Assembly (NCBI GenBank): GCA_040954595.2
Contig: CM082590.2
Location: forward strand, 10,690,088 to 10,754,087
DNA: 64,000 nt
Direction of reading: 5' to 3'
From: Balanoglossus misakiensis
Lineage: Eukaryota; Animalia; Hemichordata
The notes beneath the pieces were generated by a model. It worked only from the letters and a program-made list of their open reading frames with translations. It did not search any database and was not told the origin of the DNA. Numbering within the stretch: position 1 is the stretch's first letter; every line of letters begins with the position of its first letter. The position numbers and the translations under genes are program-made. This document shows positions 1 through 13,800 of the stretch, piece by piece.

Positions 1-1
1 A

Positions 2-514
2 TTCAAGTCAGCTCGCAAAGTCGCGACTATAACAGCAATAGTCCTGACTCTGATACTTATAGTTATATGGCCGGCCTGTATGGTGTCTGTTCAAGTAATG
101 AACGCAGGTGAGTTTACGACCTGGGTGATTGTGTCGCAAACATGGGCCTGGTTGGCGGCCATCTTTATCATCGTTGCCCCCGTTGTCAACGAAGCATACA
201 CAATTATTACTGAACTCGGGGAGACACGGCGCAAGCGGACAATTCATGTGGACGGCAACAAACTCAAAAGGTCGCGATGTGCAAACGAGACGGCGGCATC
301 TCCAGTCATGGCCACAAAGGCATCACAGGCCGAGTTGGACGAAGCTTTGGAGAATGGCGCGGATGCACATGAAGCATTTGTTATTACAGGCGCCGTCTCT
401 TGTGAGAGAGGGCAATCAATGGACGATATTCCTTTGGAGTCTTGCTTCACTCCTCCTAACGCTGTGACTGACACTGATTTGGAAAACACCGACCAAGCCA
501 TTTTTGAGGAATAG
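2..514 (+). CDS. C-terminal part of a DUR3-like urea/solute:cation symporter (SSS family); gene starts upstream of the window
   Basis: Frame 2 is open from base 2 to TAG at 512-514. It reads FKSARKVATITAIVLTLILIVIWPACMVSVQVMNAGEFTTWVIVSQTWAWLAAIFIIVAPVVNEA, then an acidic cytosolic tail. The two TM helices with an 'IVIWP...F..WV.VS..W......I..P..E' pattern match the last helices of DUR3 transporters as I recall them. Confidence 0.75.
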   Translation, partial: FKSARKVATITAIVLTLILIVIWPACMVSVQVMNAGEFTTWVIVSQTWAWLAAIFIIVAPVVNEAYTIITELGETRRKRTIHVDGNKLKRSRCANETAASPVMATKASQAELDEALENGADAHEAFVITGAVSCERGQSMDDIPLESCFTPPNAVTDTDLENTDQAIFEE

Positions 515-2708
515 GCGACATTACCGCGTCGGAGGGTGAGGGTGCTCGAGTGAAAACTTGTTTGGCAGACAGACTCGGTCAACTTTGAAAACTTTGGTCT
601 TCAAGTTTCCATTTTGACACCGGTGTTCAAATCAGGACCCAACAAATGCCCTTTTTGCAAAAGTTTATTCATTTATTCACGAACCAACAGATTGCCCAAA
701 TAACAGGTTCTTCTGAAATAAAATGATTATACAGAAGAAAATAAAAAACAGCAGAATAACAACATCAAAAGTACCGACAAGACATTAACAAAAAAATACT
801 GACAAGACATTGACATATGAAAGAAAATAGTAAACAGTGATAAACACGCAAAAACATGATAAAAATACTGTTACTCAGTAAAAAAGAGTTTGCACAATAC
901 ATGTTGAAAGCTGGTGCACCGGTAGTTACCAAATATATCAACATTTTGCTTGTGACAGATAAAATTAAAATATGTCTGGGATCGCGATTATAAGTGTTTC
1001 CAGATATTCTAAGTGCTGATGCTTAGTTTTACTGAGAGATGTAAATTTTTTTATCAAAGAGAAGTATTTTGTGATATGCCCGTTGGAGTCTGATTCATTT
1101 ATTCATGATGGCACCTGACAGATGTGCCTATAATTTTGCAAAGATGCCTAGAACACTATGATAAACTAAAAGGACAAATGTGATTGGAAGAAACACTTCA
1201 AATATCTCAGACAACGATGAGTTTTAGCCAATCAACATGGCTGTATCAAATCATGTAGTCTGACGTTCGCCATCTCACGTGCATTTTGGTTGTTACATGT
1301 AGTCAGCTTGTTGGCGCCATTTTTAAAAGCAACAAAGTATATTTTGTCCAGTGGTAAATGTTTGATATGTTTATTTTCATGTATACAGCATCGTTTTTAA
1401 GAAACCGACTCTTTTTACTTTTTGAAAAAAATATGATATTGTTGTGTGTGATATCAAGGTAAATACCCTCTTCGATTTTTGAATTAACATACCTTAATAT
1501 AAACGACAGCCAAAGAAATATCATTTCTCTCGCGGTTTAACGACTATTACTGATTGAGGAGAATCTAAATTTACTTTCTGAGAATTTTTGTTCTGTCTGT
1601 TAAAGGCCCAAGAACTGCAGAGTACTATATTAATTCTTGTAAACACCTTACTTAGAAGGGACACCTATATAATTTAATGTTTGTGTAAAAGAAATAATCC
1701 CAGAATAATACCAGATGTCGCAACTTGAGCATTTTGTGAATGAATATCGTGATTTTAAATTCTTCAGATTACGAGGAGTCCTGACCTGGAATAGAGTTGT
1801 CAGTAAACCACATTGACTGTTTATGTGCTGATCTGTGGATATATTCAATGGATGTGTTTAAACAGAGGGGTCAGGAAACTGCAATTGTTATCCATGGGTC
1901 TGAACTTCTTTGTAGCTACTGGTCAATTAGGACCATTCATGCGCGGATAGATTGGTGATTAGGAATTGGAACTGAAATCTTTTATACCTCTTTCACATAT
2001 CATGTTATCTCAGGATCCATTTTATATTGATAACCTTCATTTTGCATCCTTTTAATATTCTCCCGGCAGAATTGAACTCTACAGATCTCATCAATTATTG
2101 CATAGAATACAAATTTAATAATACTACATTGCAGGCATAATTCAAACATGTGGCTAAAATATCGGGTTAAATGATAATACTTTCCTATCAAGGATCACCA
2201 TTGCGTTCAAAGACTAATTTAGATTACTGTTTGGCTTTGATTGGTTTTGTATTGTTTCACTATTTTTGTCATGCACAAGATTTTACTAATTTCAAATGAA
2301 ATATGCTTTTAAAAGATACTTTCATGGAGGTACTACCTTGCGACCCAGAAATTATTTTGACTGAGTTGATGATACGACCGGATTTTCTGTCAATTTAAGA
2401 TTTTTGTTGTCTGAACTTAATCGTGATCGGTGCTTGTAGTAAAACGTTAAACATGTCGACGGTTTTGTGGTCAATTATCAAAAGTTTTTGCTTCTTTTGG
2501 TTCGGACTTGTTTTTCGTACTGGCTGGTTTACAAAATGTGTGAATAATTTTGACGCGAACAACACAACACATTATACTGCATTTACCTCGTACCTGATAA
2601 ATATAACAATCTCTGTTTTGTAAACTTTTAACACTTTTAATGTTGAGAACTTGTGAAATAATAAAGTAAACATTTACATCTAACACAGTATACGGAACCA
2701 CTCTTTGC

Positions 2709-2860
2709 ATATTTCTTGTGATAGCGCCATCTAAGGCCGTAGATATCCTTGCATTTGTTTTCTGCACTGACAAACAGCTGCGTGTATATTTCTTGTGATA
2801 GCGCCATCTAAGGCCATAGATATCCTTGCATTTGTTTTCTGGAATGACAAATAGTTGTGG
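2709..2860. repeat. Two-copy tandem repeat with a 77-bp unit
   Basis: ATATTTCTTGTGATAGCGCCATCTAAGGCC(G/A)TAGATATCCTTGCATTTGTTTTCTG starts at 2709 and again at 2786. Confidence 0.9.
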
Positions 2861-4746
2861 CAGCTTCGGTTTTCCACCAAACTCCTGATAGATTTGTTTA
2901 ACCGACAAAGGTTCACGACTTGTCACAAAGAGACGTAATTCTTTTATATGTTTACAAAAAACTGTTTTTATAAGAGGTTTAAATGAAAGTTTATATCGTT
3001 TTTACAACCCCAGTTAATGGTTTGTTTTAGGTGAGATGTGAAATTGGTCTCTCTGCGGCTGCAGGTGATTGGCAGTGGATAATCGTCGCTCTTCGCTGGA
3101 ATTTCGCCGGATGTGGGTAGTTATCAGGTATGTCACATAGGTCTCCATAACAACACGTGCAAAGGTGCATAATTTGTCATGTACTATTATAGTAGACATC
3201 GTTGGGGGCGCTGTGTATTGAAATGAAGATGCATCGATATCGCGACTTCGTTGTCATGAGAACGTGCGCATTATCTTGCTTCGCTGTCTGTCTGTCTGTC
3301 ACGGTTAGGGCACGCGCTCTCGCGATCGCCAGGAAAAGTAGGATTAGCTCTATCACAGGGATATCCGCCATTTTCTCAATATTTTGTCTTCGCGAACTTT
3401 AGGAGGAAAGACTTGTCTCGAATGTAGAATTGTCAACTGTCACACCTCAACTAACCCCGAAATCCAGTTCCGGTTAACCTGGTTCAATTTCAAGTTTACA
3501 TATTTAACCTCGATCCCTTTTTATCGGAGTCAGTGGTTTAGAATCGATGCCTACTGAGTGTAACTGTGATCCTCTCTGTACGTTGCTTGAAATAAGCCGT
3601 GTGATCTTCGACTGTGCGCCGTCACACTTGATAGACGAAACGCAATGATGATACCGCGGACGCAAAAAGTCGAGTAACTATAGTCGGAGCCATGAATAGT
3701 TCTTTTTTGATGTGGTTATGGGTGGTGCGTCATTGTTCGGGCAAAATTGATATATTTTATTTGTTGGTTTTCGGCCCATTACGTACAACATCGGCGTTTT
3801 TACAGGAGACTTGTTTGATTATGACGATAAAAACGAGTGAGACACTTCAGGCCAGGGTGGGACAAATTGTGTAGGGGGGAATTATGAGCGGGTCTGTAAA
3901 ATTGAGAACAATCCTCATTGCTGTTTCTTTATCCATTTGGCGAGTCTTGTCTGATTCTTAGACCCCAACGCCGCTTGACCCCAATTTCTTTGCCGGCCGT
4001 TTGCCGACTCTTTGAAGAATCCTCATCAGACTCCAAAGATTTACGACGGCGGTAAGTCGTACTTCTAATTCGCTCTCCATTCCGGAAGCTTCCCAAACCG
4101 CAAGACAGTGCGTAATGTTATACGCATGCATGACGACGCGGTCGTTAAGCGAGGCGGGCCCTGCAAACACTCAGAAAGAACCGCTTGACTGCTTTTGTTG
4201 CTTTGTTGTGTTCGGCGTTTTTGTCAAATCGCGACCGAAAAAGTAACGGCCTGTAAAACATATTTGGGGGTCAAGGGTCATGTAAGGATACGCCTTGAAG
4301 AAAATTAACAATTTCGGGGGGGGGGGGGGGGACTCTTCTTGTAAAGCTGTGATGGACAAATCATCACGCAAGAGTTCTGAATACCCATCACATGATCGAT
4401 AAAGCGGGAAAAATCTCATTCCTGCGCGTGCCGTGGTATTAAATATAACTAACCGAGCGGTAACTATAACTACATAGCATGCGCAATGTCCGTTTGATGT
4501 GGCGACGGGACAATTCGTCGTTATTACTGTGTTGAGTCTTTAGCGGCATGTTAAGGGTAAAAGACCGCAAGTATGTGCCCTGCGGAAGTTGTATATCTTA
4601 GTAGAGACTTTCTGTGGTGAATTCATGAAAACATCCTCAGTTAAAAGTGTATTGGCCTGGTAGTGGTACATGTATATTTGGTACACCTTTATTGGCAACG
4701 CCCGCCAAAGGTTTTGTTTCATTATTCCTTCGACTTCTGGTGTCTT

Positions 4747-4766
4747 GGTGGTGGTGGTGGTGGTGG

Positions 4767-4833
<67 letters not shown>
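4747..4833. repeat. Compound (GGT)n(GAT)n microsatellite
   Basis: Directly visible; it produces the spurious poly-D, poly-M and poly-S ORFs. Confidence 0.97.
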
Positions 4834-4834
<1 letters not shown>

Positions 4835-7800
4835 CGCGATCGCTTGCGTAGTCTTTGAATGTCACTTCAAATATCAAAAAGAGACCAGTCTGTATCAGAT
4901 AAACCACAAAAATAACGTCAGAAAATAAAATCACAGAAGTCGTACTTTTCCAGCTACAGCTAGAAACAGTAGCCACGCCAACAATGGCCAATCATTCCGC
5001 CGTCTTGTCTGGCCACCTGACAAAGCATACCCTTTTACGGCTCTTTTGTAACACCCTTTGTCGGCAGCCACTTATGTCTATATCAAGAGAACGGTCGCGA
5101 CCTCACAACAGCGCATGTCTGAACTTTGTAAGTTCAACAGTTCTGATTTATAGCCTGTGTGTAGTAAAGGCCAACGGTGCCTGGATAGAAAATAAAAGAC
5201 ATCTGCGAAAAGACAAAACTCTTTTTCCTGCGACGTTCATCGATGAATCTGGAGAGAGATTTCATCTCTGCGCTTGAAATCCCGAAATGAGATTCTTCTT
5301 AAAACCAGCATAGCGTGGCCTGGTTGAAAGAGATTCAACATTTGTCCAACGATTGCAAGCGACAAGGCTAACCTAGATACAGCTGTTCGCAAACGATTGG
5401 CCCTTTGTCTTTTTTGTTTTTGACCACTGCAACGATTTTCAAAACCACTGAACAGCATCGACAATGGAGCGTGGCAACATTGAAAGCGGAGTTCAAAGGG
5501 ACCATAAAATTAAGAGGACTTCAGAAAGAAAGAAAAGAAAGCAAGGTGATATTTAAGGGGAAAACCAGTACGGTCGCGATCATCACATATGCAGACCTAG
5601 AGTCAAACATGATCGCCTATCCCCAGTACCCAGGCAAGCAGATGGTTGTCAGACAAGGGGGAGAGACTTTAAGGGAGGGAGGGGCAACTGCATGACAGAT
5701 TTCGATCTCCAACCAGGCATATCTTTGCCCCGTCTCGTACCTTGTCCCAGAGAGAGAGAAGAAAGGTTTTATTATCGCATAAGTCTTCTATGAAAACAGT
5801 TGGTACAATATGTGAATTATATTACCAAGTTTCAAAGGAAAATAAATCGCTTTGGCTTCACTCGATTATTAAACGCTGCTGCATGTTAAATCCAGTCACT
5901 TGGGAAGTTTGTAAAGGGTCATGTATCGGTCACTTGGTGGCTATCGACGAGCGGATCTTGCATAGAATTTACCTTTGAGGGAGTTGACTGCGTCGCTGAA
6001 AGGTCACCGTACCGCAATTAAACTGGAACTAAGCGAAGGAAAGGGACTGATGGATGAGACGTATGGTGTTTCGTATTCCAAGGGGGGGGGGGGGTAGGCC
6101 TACATTCCAGAGTGTGTGTGTGTGTGGGGGAGGGGGTGTCAGCAGAGCTGTTAATTGTGTCCAAGGGCCAGGGGGCATTTGTAGGACTGATAACTTAACC
6201 AGCCAGAATCTCGAAACAAGGACTTTCTAATAAAGAATTATAGGCCAATTACAGAGTGCGCAATATATGTACTCATGTTAGAAACAATTTTTTTGAAAAG
6301 CGTAGACATACGGGAACCAAGTCTTCTCTGTTATCCCGGATGACATTATTGTCAGAAAGATCACGTGATTTGTAATTTAGGGGAGCAATGCTAAATGGTT
6401 TCGGCGAAATCGTTGTGAAAATGCTTAAGATCATATTTTCTCCCATTTTTTGAGCCTCAGAAATCATTTACTTGAAACGGTCTGTTTCGATGCTGTAGGC
6501 TTACATGCGACCGAACGGTTTTGTTCGGATTCGATGTGTTCAACCATGTATTGATGGATAGTCAGGCAGTTTCGCAGTCGGATATTGTGAATATCGGCGA
6601 ATGGTTTTCAGAGAGGGGTAGATTTCAAGGACGGTTTGGACTTGGGCGAAATATCTATGTGGACAGAATAGTTATCTTCTGTGCACGATTTTGGCTCACT
6701 GTATAGAGCCAGCCGTTTTTGAAGAATGAAATTCAAAGGGCCGTTCACCCATTCATTCATATTTTGTGCATTTGAGTTAAAAATAAACCTTTGGAGCTAA
6801 AAATAGCACTAATAGCCCATCTCGGCACTTGGCTAGAACAGATGGTGTTGGTTGTTAAATGAAGGGGGCTTGGGGCCATTTGAGGACACGTTAGACGCAA
6901 TTGAAATCGTTGCAAAAAACCCGTGCACAATGCGTCTGTGCTTATACTATGGACAGAAGTTATTTTCTCGCGGCAGTTTGATTAGAGTTCGCGTCAAGAA
7001 GAACGCGTGAGCACTTTTTGTTTGACCGGTTCCACGCACTTTGTAACTGTACAAAAACGAGATATTTATAGCACAGGGCGATGGTGCTTTCAGCCAAGAG
7101 TCACGCAGCATCGCACAGAATGTCGGCCACTTGCGTTGTATTTGATGAATAATGATGCAACACTAGACTTCGTTTTCTCTCATTTCTTCAGTAACTGTCA
7201 ATGAAATTCACAATCAGCATTAAACCACTTTTATATTATAGCAAAAACGTGTTCAATGCAATGAAAAGAAAAATGTCTTTCAAGCCAAATTCTTAAAAAC
7301 TACTCCTTTACTTGCCAGTAAAGGAAGTTTACATCATAACTTCGGCATGGGGGAATATTCCTTCACGCTTTAACGCGAAAAATTACTTCAAAAGCCCTGA
7401 CCCTAGAAGCGTATACCGTCTTCGGTCACCAAGACCCAGAATGGTAGAAATACCGTACCTTTACGTACGATATCATTACTTTACCTCGATTTTATGTACA
7501 AAAACCCCAAACAACCCAAAGCTTGATGCCTTTCTAGAATATGTGGACAAAAATTGTTGTTGACATGAAATTAGAGCAACTTGCCCGATTAGAACTGGGG
7601 AGGTCCAAAACGACAGACAGCCATCGATCTGAGTGCCTTGGAGGATTTTGATGTCGTGTTTGTAGGCTTGTCGACGATGAAAACACTTTCATTGTATCGA
7701 ATTCAATCTCAGAATTCGAAGGGCTGCCACTGACACATTTAATCCCCTCCATTGAAAGAACTACAAAATGTACGTGTATAAGCTTACGAGTGAACTCAAT

Positions 7801-10800
7801 GACATTTCTGAAACAATGAACATGGCCGAGTTTTCTTGCCCACGAGCTCCAAGTACCGTTATGACATTCAGAGCACAAATAGCCTCTGTTGAAATTGTCT
7901 CCGTTTCTGAAATACACTGAATCGTCAAATGTGAGAGTTCAGCTTTCGCCCCCGTGGCCGTGTGGCATTATACGTAAATATCAAAACGCGAGATATCTGC
8001 CAGGGGTGGATGGTGAACGTGTTCTCCAGATCTACAAACATCAACATAGTATGACTAAGTTCTTCGATGACTTGGTTTGCTGTTTGTGACACAGATCACA
8101 CGCGATGTAGAAATAAAACATATCGAAAAATACGAACAACATATTACCCATAGTGAGAACTCTTCGAAACTGCTGCGCATGAGCAACGCGTGCGAACGCT
8201 GCCCTTTGCTGTGGCAAGGACGATTATCAAGTAGCATATATAATAGACAGTGATTTAACTTTAAAAACGGAGACAAGTAATTTGTGAAAGGCACGCTAGT
8301 GACTCACACATCCCACTCAGATAACGGGACCAGAGGCCGATACGGTTTTAGAGTAACCGAATATATAGTGGTAATCTACCCCATTCACATATTCGGATAA
8401 CATATGAACACAAAAATGTCTTTGGAACAAACTTTGGCCAAAAGCTTTTCGGTGTATAAGCCGAGAATCACGACGTGTAATTACCCGAAATGTCACACGA
8501 CCTTTTCCCCTGGTACTTTCGCAGTCACGTGACTAAGAACGGTGCGCAATGTTCGTTCAGTGGTCGCTCAATTAATTATCTTTGCTTTATTGGGAACTTT
8601 TCAAGGTTGACTCATTTTGAGACCAACATTTCTATGTGCAGCTATTTTCGAGCACACGAGACGAGGATCATAACTTTTAGTTTCATTTGCAATAGTTTAC
8701 CCACGTGTGAACGAACTCTCCAAAGATCACACAACACAAATTTGCGCAAAAGATAATCGCACATGAAAAGATAAAACTATCCACTGAATCATTCATCATT
8801 TTGGACGAAAATGCTCCCCCAAACCATGCGAACGCGAATTTTGGATTATTTGATGTAATTTACACTTCCCCGCCCAACGTTTGATGATTGTAAGGAACTG
8901 GTGTGTTATTGCACATACTGAATATGTTCGAAAGCTTTTTCTTAGAAACACAGACCTGGCACCAGTAATTAAACTTTTGTCCAGAAATCTCTGCTTCTGA
9001 ATCGTCCATTGATTCAGAGGTCAAAGGTCAGTGTCAGTTACAAATCCTTATGTCAAAATATCAAACGCTAGTTTCAAAAAAAAACTTTTTAGAAACTGCT
9101 TGTAGTGGAAACTTAATCAAGCTTGAAAGTTACACAAATTCAAACAAGAATGCGAAGGTTCTTTTACTTAGATAACCTTTCCTCACAATTGTTTGCAACG
9201 ACCTGAAAACAAGTAACCTTTACGACCTCCAGAAAATAAAAGTTAACTTTTTGTCATTCAAAACGGAAAATTTAATGTCCCTTGGAAGGTCATTGATTAA
9301 GTGACTATCAAAGAAGTATACAAAGGTGAAGAGGGGATAGCCTTCAACTTGGTTCAGCTGAATGCTTTGTCAAGTCAGTGTGAATTCATTTTGACCACTA
9401 CAACTACTTGAGTGAAGACCTTCTCTACAAAAGGTCGCCAAAATCTGTGACCTCTGATTTTTTTTATGATTTAAGTACTTTATCTGTGTTGGTCTTCAAC
9501 GTCACAATGGACGTGATGCTGTGTGCATAGTTTCAGGTCTTGCGTCCAAGGTTCGCCATTAACACTCGACAGGAAAGCTAAATATATCAGGACGTCAAGA
9601 AAGCAGTCAATAGCTATTCTGTCGACGTCATTGCTTCGTGTGTGTGAAAATTATTGTAAGCCGTTGGGCAAGCCCTTGTGAAAGAAGTTCGTTTAGCCTC
9701 AAATTCAACCCATGAAATGTACCATTTCCAATGTGCCATTTCCTCCGTGATAGAAGTCGAAAAAAAACTTAACTGATTGATGAACAATGACATTTATTTA
9801 TGTCAAGATATTTGTCGATCAAGAGATTTCGGAACTGGAAAACAGTGAATGGTCTTCACCTATAAGCGGATGTAACTTCCGTGCTCTTTACCGCGGATCA
9901 TAATGTAGCTAATTATATTCCTTTCCTGACAGCCAATAGGAGATAGAAATATAAACATGATAGTATTATACAAAAACACCGGAAAGTCCCATTTGTTTAG
10001 TTGTGACTAAAGAAAGCGTCGGGTCAGGGCCAATCAGCACGGTTCATTGAGCACGCTAGCTTCACGTGACCATGGCAATATTTAAATGAGCCCGGCGGAC
10101 ATTTCAGCAGGCTCGTGCGAAGGATGACGGTAGGGGCTTCAATTTGACACATCGGTGGCTCTACAAGATGAGTATTGTAAATCACGCGTGTTTACTCCAT
10201 ATTTTGAACATTCCTCGCGCGGATTTGAGTGTAAATAATGCTTGTGGACAGGTGGAAAACAAAGTTTCAAGTATAATGGTGTCAGAATGGCCTTTTCAAA
10301 CGCAAGCATCTTTCTTCGCGAAAACATGTCAATATAGGATCGTGTTGGTTGTTTAATTTTAACAAACTCGTGACCTTTAAAAAGGTTCTCGTACAGTATC
10401 CATCTACTAAAGAATTAATGGAAGTACAATGGTGATCGATTTGTCTTTTCGCTGAGAAGGTCGAGGAATTGTGCGTGGATGAAAGTCAGTCCTTACACAA
10501 TGTCTGTTTTTAAGACAAGAAGTGACGTTGTTGTTGATGTAATATAACTGCTCTGTGATTTTGTTTTCCCCTCAAAACTCTGTTGTCTGACACCAGCATA
10601 GCGCAATCGGATTTCTTTGGTTTAGCACGTGTGGAGAAAGTTCCTAAACATGAGGAAAGCTCCATAAGTGGGTAAATCGTCCATCGAGATTCACCATTCT
10701 GTCCTGTCAGACGGCTAAACCAATCAGACCCCCCTAAACCACAAAACCACCATCGAGTATAAAACTTTAAAACTCGTTTTATCACTTCCACCTAAATTTT

Positions 10801-13800
10801 ACAACATACAGTTCGGGTCACTGGTGTAGCCTGTTTGGCAATATAATATACTGTATAAGACGAACAGAAAGCTAGGGACCGACCATTAACTTTTGGAAGG
10901 GGGCAACAGTTCGACACCTTCGAGTTTGGGTCATCGAATTCTGTCCCTAATTCATCAACATTTTAGCAGGCCTATATGTTAACAAGCAAAGCAGTTTCAG
11001 TAAGCCAGCGAGTCAAGCCGTCGTTTTCTTGAGTTTTCACAATAATCGAAGCAAATTTCTTCCGTTTATACATTTTATATCTCAACAAGAGCTGTAGTGT
11101 AGAAATAAGGGATCGGGGACTGTGCAGTTAACAGTTCGTGTCGATACTGGTCTTTTATGGTCTTTAAATGATTTTTATGATTTGACTTTGATGGTTAATC
11201 AATATCATAAGTATTTTTTGGTTTTTGGTCGAGAATTTTGGTGCCTCTGGTATCTTCTTCAGAAATTGCCACCAAGCTCAACTGAGTGGATTTCTGACAC
11301 CGAAAGAGTGTATCGGTTTTTGAGACCACTGGTTCTTGACTCGCCAGAGGCATAAAGAGATTTGACCTCGTTGGAGACGGGTCATTCGTTGCATACCGCT
11401 CACATTCTGCTCTATTGTGTGGTCAACTCCATTTGTTGGCTGATAGCCGCTGTTGGATAAAATCCCCAACGACGATATTTCGAGTCCTGTCACGCGCGCT
11501 GTCGGCGCTCTTTTTCGGTCGATCTAAAATGCAACTCTGAATATATAAATCATTTTGGCCAATAGTGAAGACACGCCAAATCAGCGAACCAGAATCATCT
11601 GACCTGGTCTTACTCAGTCTCCATGGAGACAATTCGCACAGACATGTAAGCTGTAGACGCTATTTTCCCCCGAGTTTGACCCACTTCCAAAATAACGTTG
11701 CACCCCAGTGGAGTGTTTCATTGCATTTCGTCAGCGGATAATCGTGTTTTGGGTTACTTTGAAGTAGACACTTATTTACATTGGAGTATAGAATTCAAAA
11801 TGGAGTCCTTGTGTATTCTCGTCGTCACCTCACATCTGTGGAAAAAAGTCGATGAAAGCCCCCGACCCTGTTATTCTAATCTACCATTTTGGAATCGCTA
11901 TACACCCCGAAAATTGTGAAGAAACTTGATAATAGGACCAACAAGGGACTGAAGTTGTCAAAGTGTCGCTTTGGAATTCCGCCGTCCAATTAAATGCCGG
12001 GGAACGACACGCGTCGAAATTTGCCAAGTCAAACAAAATAGAACTTTGTTCTTATGCACGACTGAAGATTTGTGGTGTGTGGTCTAACGGCTTTTGTCGG
12101 GTGAACATTATTTCCAGCGTATATACAAAATCCCATCTTAGTTAAGTTTATATTAAAATGCATGCACCAGACAGTTACATATAATCTAAAATCTGTAATA
12201 GGACTTAGCCTTTTTTGCAACTGTTTTCTTACCTGTAGTAAAATTTCGACTGACAAACTGAAGTTTTGTTGGGAATCGAACTAAAATGGCCTTCGACTGG
12301 GAAAAGTTGGCGGAAAGAAAATAGCGTCTGCCGGAATGTGTATAGGCTAGATGAGGTAATCACATGTGTCAATACATTAGTGTGGTTTGGATGGCGAGTC
12401 AGTTCTGTGGAAGAATGTTGAGAGGCATCTCAGGAATGACAGGAGAGACAAATTGGGTCTGAGAGAAATTAGGTGAAAAGTTTTCAGCTCAAAGGTTCGA
12501 GCAGGTGGGCCGTGTTCCATGCCTTCATGATTGAGTGTTTATTCTAATTTGTATTGTGTATTTTCGTGTCGCGTTTGGAGTACAAATTCTAGCTTTTATG
12601 CAGCCGAGGATCTTGTAAAAATTTGATCCGTTGACACCAATTGTTGCATATATTCGTGTCAAATGCGAGGAAAGTTGTAATTAGCCTGACCCCCAAGTTG
12701 GCTTCTCTTTGTTACATCAGAAGAATTCATCGATCACCAGAAGACAGCTCGTGATTAAGAAGATCTTAATAAGACGAGGACATAAGAGTCTCTAAATGCC
12801 CGACTTTCCATCAAATGTATCTGAAGACAGACTCGTGCTGGTCGCTCAACTTCTACTAAGTTTCCATTGAATAGTCAATTCTCGAGAAATCGACATGGAA
12901 ATGTACTCTCCGAAGCCAAAGTTGTCCTGTTCAGTTTCTTCAAACTGTCGGACCGGATGCAGGAATTTCCGAAATTACACTTTGCAATCGCCGGACACCT
13001 TGGCCCGCCTTGGCGGGAAATAGTCTTTCTTCATTTTTTCAATGATCTGCCGAACACGTCAATTATAGCCATATATACTAATGAATCGAATGAAAAGTTG
13101 GACTAACATAAAGGGACCACACACGCTTACACAATGCGCAGAACCCGCGTCGCAATTGGCAGCACGTGACAACAGGACGCTCGCGCTTCAAATGACGAAG
13201 GCGCGCGTGACGACTGCGCCCATCGCGCGCGGCTTCCGCCGTAGCAGTTGTAGTGCTACCGTCAACGAAGATTGCCGAGCCCTTCCGATCGCTGACTACA
13301 AACAGGAAACGCCGAGATCTTCATCACAGGTTTCCTCTCTGCTTGGAGTAAACAGGAAAAGACAGATTCATTAACGCCCAATGGTTGATTTTAAAGTATC
13401 ATAAAATGAGCGAAGAATTGACCAGAATTTCTCCTTTCCTCGTTTCAACATCGCCTCTATGGTAAACTAAACATAATTCCCACTTATCGCGGATTTACCG
13501 ATGTTTACTTTTCGAGAAAGTGATTTTCATTAATATTATACAAACCGTATCCCCAAACCGGAAGTAATTTTCCGGCGACCGTATCAGAAAAGTAAATAAA
13601 TCCATAAATCTTTCGGTGACCATGACGACACAATGGCCAAAAGTTTGTCATTTTCCTTAATTGTTTTTTAAAGCTCTTTCGTGTTGGTGTTCTTATACTG
13701 TATTTGCCGTTTAGGGCGTGTCTTGCTCTGTGAGACACCTTCAAAGCTTGCTCGCCACCGACAAAGTTTCTGTTTGTCGGTAAACAGGGTGATGGTTGGA

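Noticed and set aside
3177-3371. Minus-strand ORF with a signal-peptide-like start (MADIPVIELILLFLAIARARA)
   Set aside because: No recognisable domain or splice partner; the ATG lies in a YY1-type AAAATGGCGG motif common in regulatory and repeat DNA.
4663-4991. Poly-Asp, poly-Met and poly-Ser ORFs
   Set aside because: They are translations of the (GGT)n(GAT)n microsatellite.
7312-8294. Cluster of 65-127 aa ORFs with coding-like composition
   Set aside because: No recognisable motif in any frame; possibly a decayed element but not supportable without a search.
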